DNA of 64,000 bases from assembly GCA_965650365.1 (NCBI GenBank), contig CBFGOJ010000016.1:12710-76709 (forward strand). Direction: 5' to 3'. The position numbers were made by a program, and so were the translations under genes. This document shows positions 26,868 through 36,724 of the stretch, in pieces (the stretch's first letter is position 1; every line of letters begins with the position of its first letter). The notes below the pieces were generated by a model. That model had not been told where the DNA came from. It did not search any database and worked only from the letters and a program-made list of their open reading frames with translations. The stretch comes from an uncultured Fluviicola sp. Its GTDB lineage: Bacteria > Bacteroidota > Bacteroidia > Flavobacteriales_D > Crocinitomicaceae.

Positions 26868-29534
26868 TTAATCCATAAGGTTGCTCGATAACCAGCGTTT
26901 CATTTCATTTAAATCCATCTTTTTTCTGGTAGAAATGTTATCTACCTGATCCAGAGTCACTTTACCAAGACCGAAATACTTGGAATTCGGGTGTGCGAAG
27001 TACCAACCTGAAACGGATGCCGCAGGCCACATAGCTAAAGTCTCTGTTAAAGAAACACCGCTTAGTTCTTCTGCGTTAAGTAACCTGAATAAGTTTGGTT
27101 TTTCTGTGTGATCCGGACATGCAGGATATCCTGGTGCCGGACGTATTCCTTTGTATTCCTCAGCAATCAACGCGTCTGTGTCCAAGATTTCGTCACTGGC
27201 ATAACCCCAGGTTTCACGTCTTACTTTGGTATGCAGGTATTCTGCAAATGCTTCTGCAAATCGGTCAGCGAGTGCTTTAATCAGGATGGAATTGTAATCA
27301 TCGTGATCGGCTTCAAAACGTTTCACGTGCTCATCTATTCCGTGACCAGCCGTAACTACAAAGGCTCCGACGTAATCTATTGTACCGCTTTCTTTCGGTG
27401 CAATGAAATCTGCCAGGGAAAGATTGGGCTGTCCGGCCGCTTTTTTAGTCTGCTGACGCAAAGAGTGCTGAATTCCCAAAATGGAAGTTCGCTGTTCGTC
27501 TGAATAAATCTCAATATCATCGTTGACGCTGTTTGCCGGGAAAATCCCAAATGCTGCTTTGGCCGTTAGCCATTTTTCATCTACGATTTGTTTCAGCATG
27601 GCTTGTGCATCCGCATAAAGCTGGGTAGCTTCTTTTCCAACTACCTCATCTGTTAGGATCCGCGGAAATTTTCCGTGTAACTCCCAGGTTTGAAAGAAAG
27701 GTGTCCAGTCGATATAAGGGACCAATTCAGAAAGATCTTGCTGTTCGATGACCTGAACACCAAGCTGATTCGGTTTTTTAATGGTTTCGGAATTGAATTC
27801 CAATACCAGTTTATTCTTCAGCGCATCAGCATAAGTCAATAGCTGTTTTGCTCCGCGGTGTTTTTCATGGTGTTCGCGAACACGGGCATAGTCTGCCTGA
27901 ACGTCTTTTACGAATTGTTCTTTTTTATACCCGAGCAATTGTTCTACCACTGTTACAGAGCGTGAAGCATCCAGAACGTGAACAGTTTGTCCTTTGCTGT
28001 AGTTTTGTTCGATTTTAACCGCGGTATGCACTTTGGAAGTGGTTGCCCCGCCAATCAAAAGCGGAATGGAAAGGTTTGCACGCTCCATTTCTTTGGCCAT
28101 GTGAACCATTTCATCCAGGGAAGGAGTAATTAATCCGCTTAGTCCAATGACATCTGCCTTTTCATCAATAGCCGCCTGGATAATCTTTTCAGCGGGAACC
28201 ATTACTCCCAAATCTACGATTTCGTAATTGTTGCAGCTGAGTACAACGGAAACAATATTTTTCCCGATATCATGTACATCTCCTTTTACGGTTGCCATGA
28301 TCACTTTTCCGGCAGAACTCGACTTACCGTCTTTTTCTTCATCAATAAACGGAAGAAGGTAAGCAACGGCTTTTTTCATTACACGGGCAGACTTCACTAC
28401 CTGCGGCAGGAACATTTTCCCGCTTCCGAAAAGATCTCCAACGATGTTCATACCATCCATCAAAGGCCCTTCAATAACCATGATCGGTCTTGGAAACTGA
28501 TGGCGGCACTCTTCCACGTCTTCGTCAATGAAATCAACAATTCCTTTTACCAAAGCATGCGCAAGACGCTCGTTTACTGGAAGATTTCTCCATTCCTGGG
28601 AAACTTCTTTTTTCTTTTCTTCTCCTTTGAAACTTTCGGCAAAATCCAGCAAACGTTCTGTAGCATCTTCTCTTCTGTTTAATAAAACATCTTCAACATG
28701 CTCCAGCAATTGCTTGTCAATGTCGTCATAAACTTCCAGCATGGATGGGTTCACGATTCCCATATCCATTCCTTCCTTGATTGCGTGATACAAAAAAGCA
28801 GAATGCATGGCTTCACGTACCGGGTTGTTTCCGCGGAAAGAGAAAGAAACGTTCGAAACTCCACCTGAAACATGTGCTCCCGGCAGGTTTGTACGAATCC
28901 ATTTGGTTGCCCGGAAGAAATCCAAAGCATTGTTATTGTGTTCTTCCATTCCGGTTGCTACCGGGAAGATATTCGGGTCGAAAATAATGTCTTCGGGAGC
29001 AAATTTGACCACGTCTACCAAAATCCGGTAAGAGCGCTCACAAATCTCGATACGCCGTTCGAAGCTGTCTGCCTGACCTTTTTCATCGAAAGCCATCACA
29101 ACCGTTGCAGCACCGTATCGCCTGATCAGTTTTGCCTGGTGGATGAAATTTTCTTCCCCTTCTTTCAGTGAAATGGAGTTTACAATTCCTTTTCCCTGGA
29201 TACATTGCAAACCGGCTTCTATAATTTCCCATTTGGAACTATCCACCATGATCGGAACGCTTGAAATATCCGGTTCAGCAGCAATGAGATTTAAGAATTT
29301 TACCATGGCTTCTTTTCCATCGATCATTCCTTCATCCATGTTGATGTCGATCACCTGCGCACCACCTTCTACTTGTTCGCGTGCAACGGACAAAGCCGCC
29401 TCGTAATCGTTTTCCTTGATCATTCGAAGGAAAGCACGTGATCCGGTTACATTGGTACGTTCCCCAATGTTTGTGAAGTTACTTTCAGGTGTGATGGTGA
29501 TGGCTTCTAAGCCCGATAAGCGTAAATAATTCAT
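26868..29534 (-). CDS. metH: B12-dependent methionine synthase: pterin-binding, cobalamin-binding and activation domains
   Basis: [55 protein letters not shown]. Confidence 0.96.
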   Translation of the reverse strand: MNYLRLSGLEAITITPESNFTNIGERTNVTGSRAFLRMIKENDYEAALSVAREQVEGGAQVIDINMDEGMIDGKEAMVKFLNLIAAEPDISSVPIMVDSSKWEIIEAGLQCIQGKGIVNSISLKEGEENFIHQAKLIRRYGAATVVMAFDEKGQADSFERRIEICERSYRILVDVVKFAPEDIIFDPNIFPVATGMEEHNNNALDFFRATKWIRTNLPGAHVSGGVSNVSFSFRGNNPVREAMHSAFLYHAIKEGMDMGIVNPSMLEVYDDIDKQLLEHVEDVLLNRREDATERLLDFAESFKGEEKKKEVSQEWRNLPVNERLAHALVKGIVDFIDEDVEECRHQFPRPIMVIEGPLMDGMNIVGDLFGSGKMFLPQVVKSARVMKKAVAYLLPFIDEEKDGKSSSAGKVIMATVKGDVHDIGKNIVSVVLSCNNYEIVDLGVMVPAEKIIQAAIDEKADVIGLSGLITPSLDEMVHMAKEMERANLSIPLLIGGATTSKVHTAVKIEQNYSKGQTVHVLDASRSVTVVEQLLGYKKEQFVKDVQADYARVREHHEKHRGAKQLLTYADALKNKLVLEFNSETIKKPNQLGVQVIEQQDLSELVPYIDWTPFFQTWELHGKFPRILTDEVVGKEATQLYADAQAMLKQIVDEKWLTAKAAFGIFPANSVNDDIEIYSDEQRTSILGIQHSLRQQTKKAAGQPNLSLADFIAPKESGTIDYVGAFVVTAGHGIDEHVKRFEADHDDYNSILIKALADRFAEAFAEYLHTKVRRETWGYASDEILDTDALIAEEYKGIRPAPGYPACPDHTEKPNLFRLLNAEELSGVSLTETLAMWPAASVSGWYFAHPNSKYFGLGKVTLDQVDNISTRKKMDLNEMKRWLSSNLMD

Positions 29535-30538
29535 GCGTTTGCTGTTTCGCTGATTTTTCGTGGTGAATATTTGGCTGCAATTTCAGCCATTTTGCGAATA
29601 TGGTCAGGAGTTGTTCCGCAACAACCTCCAATAATATTGATCAATCCTTCCTGCAGGAATTCTTCGATTTGAGCACCCATCATTTCCGGTGTTTCATCGT
29701 ATTGTCCGAATTCATTCGGTAAACCGGCATTCGGATGTGCGCTGATCGCAAACGGTGCCTGATTGGAAAGTACCTGTAAGTAAGGCCTCATGGCATCTGC
29801 TCCCAAAGCACAATTCAAACCGATGCTTAAAAGCGGCATGTGAGAAACGGAAACCAGAAATGCTTCCGTGGTTTGTCCGGTTAAAGTTCTTCCGCTCTGG
29901 TCGGTAATGGTTCCCGAGATCATGATTGGAATCTGGATCCCCCGTTCTTCGCTCAATTCATCAATGGCAAACATAGCAGCTTTGGAATTCAATGTATCTG
30001 TGATGGTTTCAACCAATAAGAAATCTGCGCCACCATCCATTAATCCGGTTGCCTGCTCTTTAAATGCAACTACCAGTTCATTGAAAGTAATTGCTCTGAA
30101 CCCAGGATCGTTGACGTCCGGAGACATGGATGCCAATTTGGTTGTTGGTCCCATGGAACCTGCTACAAAACGCGGTTTATCCGGATTTTTGGCCGTAAAC
30201 TCATCACATACTTCACGAGCTATTTTTGCCCCGTGGTAGTTGATGTCGTAAACGGCATGTTCCAAATGATAATCTGCCTGGGCAACAGTTGTTCCACCAA
30301 AAGTATTGGTTTCCAAAATGTCTGCCCCTGCTTCTAAATACTGTGCGTGGATTTCTTTGATGACATCAGGCCGTGTTAAGACCAATAAATCGTTATCTCC
30401 TTTCAATTTGTGCGGGTGGTCCTCAAACCAGCCTTTGCGGAAGTCTTCTTCCTCCAGGTTATAACGTTGAATCATGGTTCCCATAGCTCCGTCGAGGATG
30501 AGAATGCGTTCGTTTAGTAATTGCTTGATGTTTTTCAT
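29531..30538 (-). CDS. metH: Homocysteine S-methyltransferase domain of split methionine synthase
   Basis: [40 protein letters not shown] overlap with the downstream half. Start likely MKNIKQLL at 30538 (track: 30559). Confidence 0.95.
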   Translation of the reverse strand: MKNIKQLLNERILILDGAMGTMIQRYNLEEEDFRKGWFEDHPHKLKGDNDLLVLTRPDVIKEIHAQYLEAGADILETNTFGGTTVAQADYHLEHAVYDINYHGAKIAREVCDEFTAKNPDKPRFVAGSMGPTTKLASMSPDVNDPGFRAITFNELVVAFKEQATGLMDGGADFLLVETITDTLNSKAAMFAIDELSEERGIQIPIMISGTITDQSGRTLTGQTTEAFLVSVSHMPLLSIGLNCALGADAMRPYLQVLSNQAPFAISAHPNAGLPNEFGQYDETPEMMGAQIEEFLQEGLINIIGGCCGTTPDHIRKMAEIAAKYSPRKISETANA

Positions 30539-30598
30539 AGCTGTCTTATTGCTTTGCAAACTATGAAGTAGGGGAAGTAGTAAAAAAGACTACTGTTC

Positions 30599-30706
30599 AC
30601 TTATCTTTTCCCAACAGAGCCGGGATCGGATTTGGCACCTTTTCGCTTTAAAACGGCAGGTTGCCAAGGTTTCACAGGGCCAGTCCCTCCACCTTTCTTC
30701 ATAAGT
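30599..30706 (-). promoter_or_regulatory. SAM-I (S-box) riboswitch upstream of the metH operon
   Basis: Minus strand ACTTAT-GAAGAAAGGTGGAGGGACTGGCCCTGTGAAACCTTGGCAACC...AAGGTGCCAAATCC...AAAGATAAGT. A hairpin of the expression platform follows at about 30566-30598. Confidence 0.93.
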
Positions 30707-30724
30707 TATCTCAAAGATCTGGGG

Positions 30725-30732
30725 CAAAGATA
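30725..30732 (-). promoter_or_regulatory. -7 promoter box for the riboswitch/metH transcript
   Basis: TATCTTTG on the minus strand. Confidence 0.7.
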
Positions 30733-30783
30733 CGCAGTAGATTTGATTTTGAAAAGGAATTGGATGAAATGAATATAAATTTG

Positions 30784-30811
30784 GTAGGGACGCGATGCGT
30801 CGCGTCCGTAC
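30784..30811. repeat. GTAG-type REP hairpin, copy 2
   Basis: GTAGGGACGCGA-TGCG-TCGCGTCCGTAC (one stem mismatch), 22 nt after the stop at 30834. Confidence 0.9.
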
Positions 30812-30833
30812 AATTTTTATTTTCAGAATTCAT

Positions 30834-33302
30834 TTAAAAATTGAATTTCATATTCCGGTCATCCAGTACGGCAAAGGAAATCTTCCCGGTCCATCTTGGT
30901 GTAATGTTATTCCCATCTGAGAAAACGCCGTAAATACCGATTCGAAGCCTTCTTTTTGAAAACTTGAAGTTGCGTTCTATTCCTGCCAGGACCTCATAAT
31001 GCTTCCAGTTATATTCGGCTACATACAACGCACCAAAGCCAAAAACCAACCCAATTCCGGTTTTCTTCATAAAAGGGATTTTATTCATGATGGACCCGTT
31101 ATCGTGATGGATGAAGTGCGCTTCGATGTAATAATCCCGGGAAGGAAGAGAAGAATCCTGGTCCTGGAAAGAATATAAAGGATTGGAGAACCAAAGCGGA
31201 TCACTGCGGCGCTGGTATTTAAAGTCCGCATCCTTCAGGCTTTTTGAGCTCAGGAACTTTCCGGATTTAACATGATAAGAAGAAGTTCCAAAAGTTCCCA
31301 ATTGAAAGTTCTGATAAATTCCCAGTAATCCGTATTCGTGGTTTACATCGCTTCCGAATAGTTTAGGAATTCCGCGCTCGTAAGAAGCATAAACGGTTGG
31401 CCATTTGGAACCCAGAACAACTTTCCGATGAGGTTCGCGCATGTATTTCTGTCCGGGAGTATAACTAACGGTCATTGATCCGATGAATGCCTGGTAGCCC
31501 TGGAATGGTTTAAAATCGTCATTGGGAAAAACGCTGTCCAGGAATCCCATTTTTTTGTAGCCGTTAATAGACCGGCGCTCGGTAAATTCAAAATCAACAT
31601 CCACATACAAACCGTTGATGTATTCCTGGGTCTGACCGATGGTTAGCGATGTAGCTTCAATAAAATTACTCCGCTTATAAATCTGGGTGATTGCATCGTA
31701 GGAAACCACGGCATCGAAATCATGATCGAAACCGCCCCTGAGCCGGGCCTGCCTGAATGGATCATAAAGCCAATTCCCATTGATGTTTCCCTTGATGTCA
31801 TGATTCAGGAATCCATAGGAAATCTCTGTGTTGATATCCAGGGTCCGCTGGTCGTCCCATTTTTTGAAGAAACTGAAACCCGGTGCAACACGCGGACCGG
31901 CAGGATACAAAGGTCTCGCCATTGCTGCCAGTGAACTGATCGACCATTGTGTTCTTTTCAAACGATTCCGGTGTTCGACTCCAAACCAAAGCACTTTCAG
32001 GAAAGTAACTTTGTTAAAGACTTTATCAATCGAATCGAGGTATTCTTTCCGGTTCATCGCATCGTGAATACTGTCCCTGACAAGAATGAAGCGCTGTTCT
32101 TCCGGAGTTAAAGCAATTGCGCGCTGCCCGTTCCAAAATGCGGTGTCCTGTTCATATGCTTTCTCCGTTGTGACTGCCAGTTCATTGTTGAAAAACTTCG
32201 GAGAGAAATTCGGCTGGAAATTGTAATTCGAGAATTGGGCAACCGTCTTGCAGGTCGAAGTTTCATTTTTGTATTTCACTCCATAATCCAGGGTCTGTTC
32301 TTTCAGAACGCACATAGAATCTCCGGGAAGATCAAATTCCTGGTGGATGGAAAAGTAATCGTAAACGAAAAGGTTTCCCTTTTCCATGGTCAGGTCCAGT
32401 TTCTGGATCAGCCAAAGCGAATCAATCACGTAAATATATCCCGAGAGAGTAGAAGTGGAACTCATGCGCGGAATGATTTTGATCTTATTAATCTTTCTGC
32501 CGTTCTCTTCGTACTGTGCTTCCAGTTTGTAACGATAGGACAAAATTCCAGGTGTGGAAACAGGACTCATGACGGGTGTGCTGTGCAGGTCTTCCAAATG
32601 AAGCAGATTCTGGAAAAAGTTGAAATTGGATTTAACCGTTGTGGTGTAATAAAGATTTTGTTCCTGTCCGCGCAATTCATAAGCATTCCGGATTTCTTTT
32701 ACTTTGTTGGGCGGAGAATAATTGCGTGTAAGCTGGATTTCTGCAATGTTCATGTTTCCGGCCAGCTTTTCCATTTTCTGTTTTTCCAGTTCAAAAGGAT
32801 CTGTTTCGGGCTTATCGGGTTTATCCGATTCTTTTTCTTTTCGAGTGATAGATTCCGTGGCTTTGATATAGACATCTGTTGAATGCGCACGTTCCCATTG
32901 ATTGATCTGGTCGCGTTTTTTTACAACCTTCAGCATGATGTCCCGCCCGGGATTACTGCGTTTTGTAGTAATTTCAATATCGTCCAGTTCTTTGATTTTA
33001 ATGGGGAAGAGCTGAATGTCTTTTACAGCGCTTTTATTGGAAATAACCACATATGTTTCACGTTCCTGGTAACCTGTGGCGTTGACAACCAGGAAGTATT
33101 CGCCGTCGTAAAGCTGGATGGAGTATTTTCCGTTTTCGTCTGTTTGAGTCCGCAGGTCTGTATTGTTCTTCACATACACATTTGCGAAAGGAATGGGAAG
33201 CTTTTTTTCATCCAGCACAGTACCGCTCAGATTCCATTGCGAAAAGGAAAATGCAGGTATGCAGATAAAATAGAGTAGGTAAAAACCCTTCAAAAGCTTC
33301 AT
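30834..33302 (-). CDS. DUF5686 family outer-membrane protein with carboxypeptidase-like regulatory N-domain
   Basis: LSGTVLDEKKLPIPFANVY...TDENGKY (CarbopepD_reg-like), LDEIEIT-like motif, beta-barrel-like C-terminus ending in Phe. Confidence 0.75.
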   Translation of the reverse strand: MKLLKGFYLLYFICIPAFSFSQWNLSGTVLDEKKLPIPFANVYVKNNTDLRTQTDENGKYSIQLYDGEYFLVVNATGYQERETYVVISNKSAVKDIQLFPIKIKELDDIEITTKRSNPGRDIMLKVVKKRDQINQWERAHSTDVYIKATESITRKEKESDKPDKPETDPFELEKQKMEKLAGNMNIAEIQLTRNYSPPNKVKEIRNAYELRGQEQNLYYTTTVKSNFNFFQNLLHLEDLHSTPVMSPVSTPGILSYRYKLEAQYEENGRKINKIKIIPRMSSTSTLSGYIYVIDSLWLIQKLDLTMEKGNLFVYDYFSIHQEFDLPGDSMCVLKEQTLDYGVKYKNETSTCKTVAQFSNYNFQPNFSPKFFNNELAVTTEKAYEQDTAFWNGQRAIALTPEEQRFILVRDSIHDAMNRKEYLDSIDKVFNKVTFLKVLWFGVEHRNRLKRTQWSISSLAAMARPLYPAGPRVAPGFSFFKKWDDQRTLDINTEISYGFLNHDIKGNINGNWLYDPFRQARLRGGFDHDFDAVVSYDAITQIYKRSNFIEATSLTIGQTQEYINGLYVDVDFEFTERRSINGYKKMGFLDSVFPNDDFKPFQGYQAFIGSMTVSYTPGQKYMREPHRKVVLGSKWPTVYASYERGIPKLFGSDVNHEYGLLGIYQNFQLGTFGTSSYHVKSGKFLSSKSLKDADFKYQRRSDPLWFSNPLYSFQDQDSSLPSRDYYIEAHFIHHDNGSIMNKIPFMKKTGIGLVFGFGALYVAEYNWKHYEVLAGIERNFKFSKRRLRIGIYGVFSDGNNITPRWTGKISFAVLDDRNMKFNF

Positions 33303-33396
33303 TTAACCCGAAATGTTTTGGTGAAACGAAAATAAGGAGATTTAAGTGCTAATGATCTGAAAATTAGTTAAAAACTCAAACCTTTGGGATGAACGG

Positions 33397-33615
33397 TTAT
33401 TTCTGCTTTTTCTCATTCAAAAAAGCCTGGTGTTTTTCCATGCGCTTTCTCATAAATCTTCTCAGGAAATAAGTTCCCAATGCCATGAAAGCAAAAGCAT
33501 AGTAAACTGCCCAGCTGCTGAAACTTTCTTTCAGGCACATAACTGTTACCAGGATGATGATGATAATTCCCACCGCCAGCCAAAACAGCTCCATAATGCG
33601 ATTGTATAGTTTCAT
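33397..33615 (-). CDS. Small two-helix membrane protein
   Basis: 72 aa, two hydrophobic segments and a basic tail, directly after lptC. Confidence 0.7.
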   Translation of the reverse strand: MKLYNRIMELFWLAVGIIIIILVTVMCLKESFSSWAVYYAFAFMALGTYFLRRFMRKRMEKHQAFLNEKKQK

Positions 33616-33621
33616 GTTTGC

Positions 33622-34170
33622 TTACTTTTTAATTGAAATACGACCCTGAGGCTCCAAAAATTCATAATACGAGAAATCCTGCTTAGCGCGAATCCCTTTT
33701 CCGTAAATGAGTTCTGTGGGACTTTTGATCATGACCATTTTGTCTGTAAAGATAAGACTATCTTTTTGATCCCAGTAGAGTGCCTCTGTGTACATGGTTT
33801 GTTTTCGGGCCGGATTATGTAACTGAACAGAGTCCAGGACACGCATCCTTCCCTTTGTTTCATTGATCTCACCGTAAAGTCCGGTTAAAATAGATTCCGG
33901 TTTTCCATTATCGTCAAAAAATTCTACTTTGATTCCTTCTTTGAATTTTGTTACCTGCTCCGGTTTGGAATAGGCTTCCGCCAAACGGGCATAAAGCCTG
34001 AATTGAGGAAAGCCGCCTTCTGTTTGAAGGACGTACAATTCCTCTGTTTTTTGCTCGGGATCCGTTGATTTGAAAGTAATCTGCTTGATCTGGTCCAGAT
34101 CATTGACACAGGAACCAAACATCATTGTGCATGCGATGCAAAAAGGAAATACTATTTGCCCCAGCTTCAT
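33622..34170 (-). CDS. lptC: LPS export ABC transporter periplasmic protein LptC (Bacteroidota type)
   Basis: FKEGIKVEFFD, LYTEALYWDQ-like motif, IFTDKMVMI, GKGIRA. Sits in the coaX-OMP-lptC locus. Confidence 0.85.
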   Translation of the reverse strand: MKLGQIVFPFCIACTMMFGSCVNDLDQIKQITFKSTDPEQKTEELYVLQTEGGFPQFRLYARLAEAYSKPEQVTKFKEGIKVEFFDDNGKPESILTGLYGEINETKGRMRVLDSVQLHNPARKQTMYTEALYWDQKDSLIFTDKMVMIKSPTELIYGKGIRAKQDFSYYEFLEPQGRISIKK

Positions 34171-35526
34171 TTAATCCAGTTTATACTTTTTGAACCATTT
34201 CTCGTAAGAAGAAGGTGCAACGATGATTCCGAATTGGATCGAATAAAAAGTTTCTTTCAGATCGGCAGCATTTCCTGTGGAATTAGAACCATACTGGAAA
34301 CTCACATTCAGAGAGGAATTTGTTTTCTGACTTAAGAAAGGGAATCCAAATCCGACAGTAGCGCTGGCAGTTTTCAATTGTCTTCCGTTCATCATATTGG
34401 GAAGCAAACCGTATTGACCTCCGATGCGGTATTTGATCTTTCCGAAGTATTTAATTCCTTTGATCTTTTTAGTCACATCAATATTCGGAATGTATTGCAA
34501 CCCTACTTTGGAAACAAATGTATTCGAGAATACGGAAGCGGTTGTATGTCCGTCAAATTTTTCGGAATAGTTTTTCCACTGCATCAGGTCCACTTCTGCG
34601 AATACTCCTATCTGGTATTTCGTACGGTCAGAAGTTTTGGTATCAGGAGCAAAGGTATAACCCACGCCCAACGTCTGTTTACTCGGGAAAACGATCTTCC
34701 CTTTGCTGTTATCGATGTAACTGATTGTATCAACGTATGAAAGCTGGTTATTTACATCAACTGCATAAAACAAAGAGTAATCCAGGAATGAATTAATGGA
34801 AATTTTTGGCGTATAAACCGCAGAGATCAACAACTGTTTGCGCTTGTCAATATCCAGGAAACGCTGATAGCTTGCTCCAAAAGAATAATGCAGTGATTTC
34901 AAACGGTAAGTAGTTAAGTCAACACCTCCTGAAGCACCGCTTGCATCAAAAACACTGCTTCTTTGGTTGGTTACCGACCCAAATAAATATCCGAGATTAA
35001 ACCCGATGCTTAAGTAAGATTTTTCATTTTTAATGATCGAATAAGCCAAACCTACAAAGAGTAAGTTGGTAGATCCGTAGCCTTTATAGTTGAAAGTTGT
35101 TGAATCATCATAAGCATAAGAACGCTGGCTCAAATCGTAACCTTTACGGGAGAATGGTTTTAAACCCAAACCAATACCAAAGTATTTTCCAATCGGAATA
35201 GCCATGGTGAAATTCGAAATTCCGGTAGTTTTCCCGGAAAATGATCCCATATTGCCGGTGTAAGTTGAGAATTTAGTGGCAACTCCTACGGAAAACAAGG
35301 GTTGTCCGAATGACATTAAAGAGTAACTGGAAGGATTGTAAGTATTAATCAATGTTGAATCGATAACAATTCCGCTAATATTTCCCAAAGCTCCGTATTG
35401 TGCCTCCGGAAGTCCGCCTTCTTCACCAATTCCGGTAGTAGTATAGGGTGATGATGAAGTGGTTTGTGCCCACATTGTGAAACACGAAATAGTACTAAAT
35501 ACTAGAAGAATGAAATGTTTGGGCAT
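34171..35526 (-). CDS. FadL-like outer-membrane beta-barrel protein
   Basis: Signal peptide, SSPYTTTGIG hatch-like motif, NPSSYS, alternating beta-strands, conserved C-terminal WFKKYKLD. Confidence 0.7.
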   Translation of the reverse strand: MPKHFILLVFSTISCFTMWAQTTSSSPYTTTGIGEEGGLPEAQYGALGNISGIVIDSTLINTYNPSSYSLMSFGQPLFSVGVATKFSTYTGNMGSFSGKTTGISNFTMAIPIGKYFGIGLGLKPFSRKGYDLSQRSYAYDDSTTFNYKGYGSTNLLFVGLAYSIIKNEKSYLSIGFNLGYLFGSVTNQRSSVFDASGASGGVDLTTYRLKSLHYSFGASYQRFLDIDKRKQLLISAVYTPKISINSFLDYSLFYAVDVNNQLSYVDTISYIDNSKGKIVFPSKQTLGVGYTFAPDTKTSDRTKYQIGVFAEVDLMQWKNYSEKFDGHTTASVFSNTFVSKVGLQYIPNIDVTKKIKGIKYFGKIKYRIGGQYGLLPNMMNGRQLKTASATVGFGFPFLSQKTNSSLNVSFQYGSNSTGNAADLKETFYSIQFGIIVAPSSYEKWFKKYKLD

Positions 35527-36244
35527 GTAAGAGTGCTATTAATAATCCTTTTAAGGTCAAATTCTCGTCGGCAAAGATGCCATATTTATTACCTAATTCA
35601 AAATATTGACTATCGCCCCCCGTGAGAAAAATTGTTAATTCGGGGTAAAGTCTTCGATATTCTTCGATAAAACCCACCATTTCCAAATGCATACCGTTCA
35701 TCACACCGCTCCGCATGGCGTCAAGTGTGTTTTTTCCAAGAAACGGACCCTGGATCCGGTCTTCGATCAGGGGTAATTTTCCGGTGAACTGGTGCATCGA
35801 GCGGTACCGTAATTCTATTCCCGGGGAAATACTTCCGCCTTCATAAATTTGGGGATAACGAACAAAATCATATTTGATACAGGTTCCAACATCAATCACT
35901 AACGCATTTTTCTCCGAAATATTGGCTGCGGCGATGGCATTTGCCAATCGATCAATTCCGAGTGTTTGCGGAGATTCGTAATTATTAGTGAGTGGAACGG
36001 GCAGGGAATTGCTGAACAGCATGGAGTTCGGGAGAAGTCCTTTGATCCATTTGGTGTTCTTGTCTGAGCGCACCGAGCTGATAATTCCGCGTAAATTTTT
36101 ATGCTTTATCAGGAAGGACTTGAGCTTATCAAGCTGATCATTCGAGAAAGCATGAACTTCCTGGATGCTAGAATCTTGGAACAAGGCAACCTTGATACGG
36201 GTATTTCCGGCATCAACAACAATTGATTTAATTCCTTGCTCCAT
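35495..36244 (-). CDS. coaX: Type III pantothenate kinase
   Basis: DAGNTRIK, LGIDRLA, VIDVGTCIKYD, GGSISPG, LTGGD. Start moved to ATG at 36244. Confidence 0.95.
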   Translation of the reverse strand: MEQGIKSIVVDAGNTRIKVALFQDSSIQEVHAFSNDQLDKLKSFLIKHKNLRGIISSVRSDKNTKWIKGLLPNSMLFSNSLPVPLTNNYESPQTLGIDRLANAIAAANISEKNALVIDVGTCIKYDFVRYPQIYEGGSISPGIELRYRSMHQFTGKLPLIEDRIQGPFLGKNTLDAMRSGVMNGMHLEMVGFIEEYRRLYPELTIFLTGGDSQYFELGNKYGIFADENLTLKGLLIALLHAQTFHSSSI

Positions 36245-36311
36245 CAGCAACAAAGATAGAATTGATTTGTAAAAAAAATCACTTTTTTTTAGGAGTAATG
36301 GATTCTATTAC

Positions 36312-36319
36312 TATCTTTG
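36312..36319 (+). promoter_or_regulatory. -7 promoter box for tRNA-Phe
   Basis: TATCTTTG 17 nt before the tRNA. Confidence 0.75.
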
Positions 36320-36336
36320 CCCCCACAATTAAGGAT

Positions 36337-36409
36337 GGTGATGTAGCTCAGTCGGTAGAGCAAAGGACTGAAAATCCTTGTGTCGGGGGTTCGATTCCCT
36401 CCATCACCA
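36337..36409 (+). tRNA. tRNA-Phe: tRNA-Phe (anticodon GAA)
   Basis: Acceptor GGTGATG/CATCACC-A, D-arm GCTCAGTCGGTAGAGC, anticodon arm AAGGA-CTGAAAA-TCCTT, T-loop GGTTCGATTCC. Confidence 0.97.
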
Positions 36410-36411
36410 CG

Positions 36412-36450
36412 AAAAGAAAGCCTTGGCAGTTTTGCTAAGGCTTTCTTTTT
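36412..36450 (+). terminator. Intrinsic terminator after tRNA-Phe
   Basis: AAAAGAAAGCCTTGGCA-GTTT-TGCTAAGGCTTTCTTTTT. Confidence 0.85.
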
Positions 36451-36458
36451 GTTCTTCA

Positions 36459-36527
36459 TTCTCATTCTGCTTCTCATTCCTTGTAGCTCTTTCTTTTTGA
36501 AAGTGAAAATGAGAACGAGAATGAGAG
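36459..36527. repeat. 20-bp imperfect inverted repeat
   Basis: TTCTCATTCTGCTTCTCATT (36459-36478) versus AATGAGAACGAGAATGAGAG (36508-36527). Confidence 0.6.
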
Positions 36528-36556
36528 AAAATCCCGGTTCGAAGTACGATTTGAAG

Positions 36557-36589
36557 TCTCCCTCTTTGGAGAGGGATTAAGGGAGAGGA
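36557..36589. repeat. CCCTCT..GGAGAGGG short palindromic element
   Basis: TCTCCCTCTTTGGAGAGGGATTAAGGGAGAGG. Resembles, from recall, a REP-like intergenic family of Bacteroidota. Confidence 0.45.
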
Positions 36590-36724
36590 TAAAACACAAT
36601 CTTCCGCAACCACCAATTTCATTCGCTTTCCTAAAATTTACAGCGGTTCGATTCCGGTTTGCTCGAAACGTGTCTTATTTCATATTTTTTTGGTAGTATT
36701 GAATGTTAAAAAAATCGCTATCAC

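Noticed and set aside
29531-29534. Split metH as a frameshifted pseudogene
   Set aside because: Both halves are intact with a clean ATGA overlap, and a two-gene MetH is the usual arrangement in many Bacteroidota.
36645-36655. GGTTCGATTCC as an att direct repeat of tRNA-Phe
   Set aside because: Only 11 bp, it lies before rather than after the foreign genes, and no integrase is present. Kept only as weak context.
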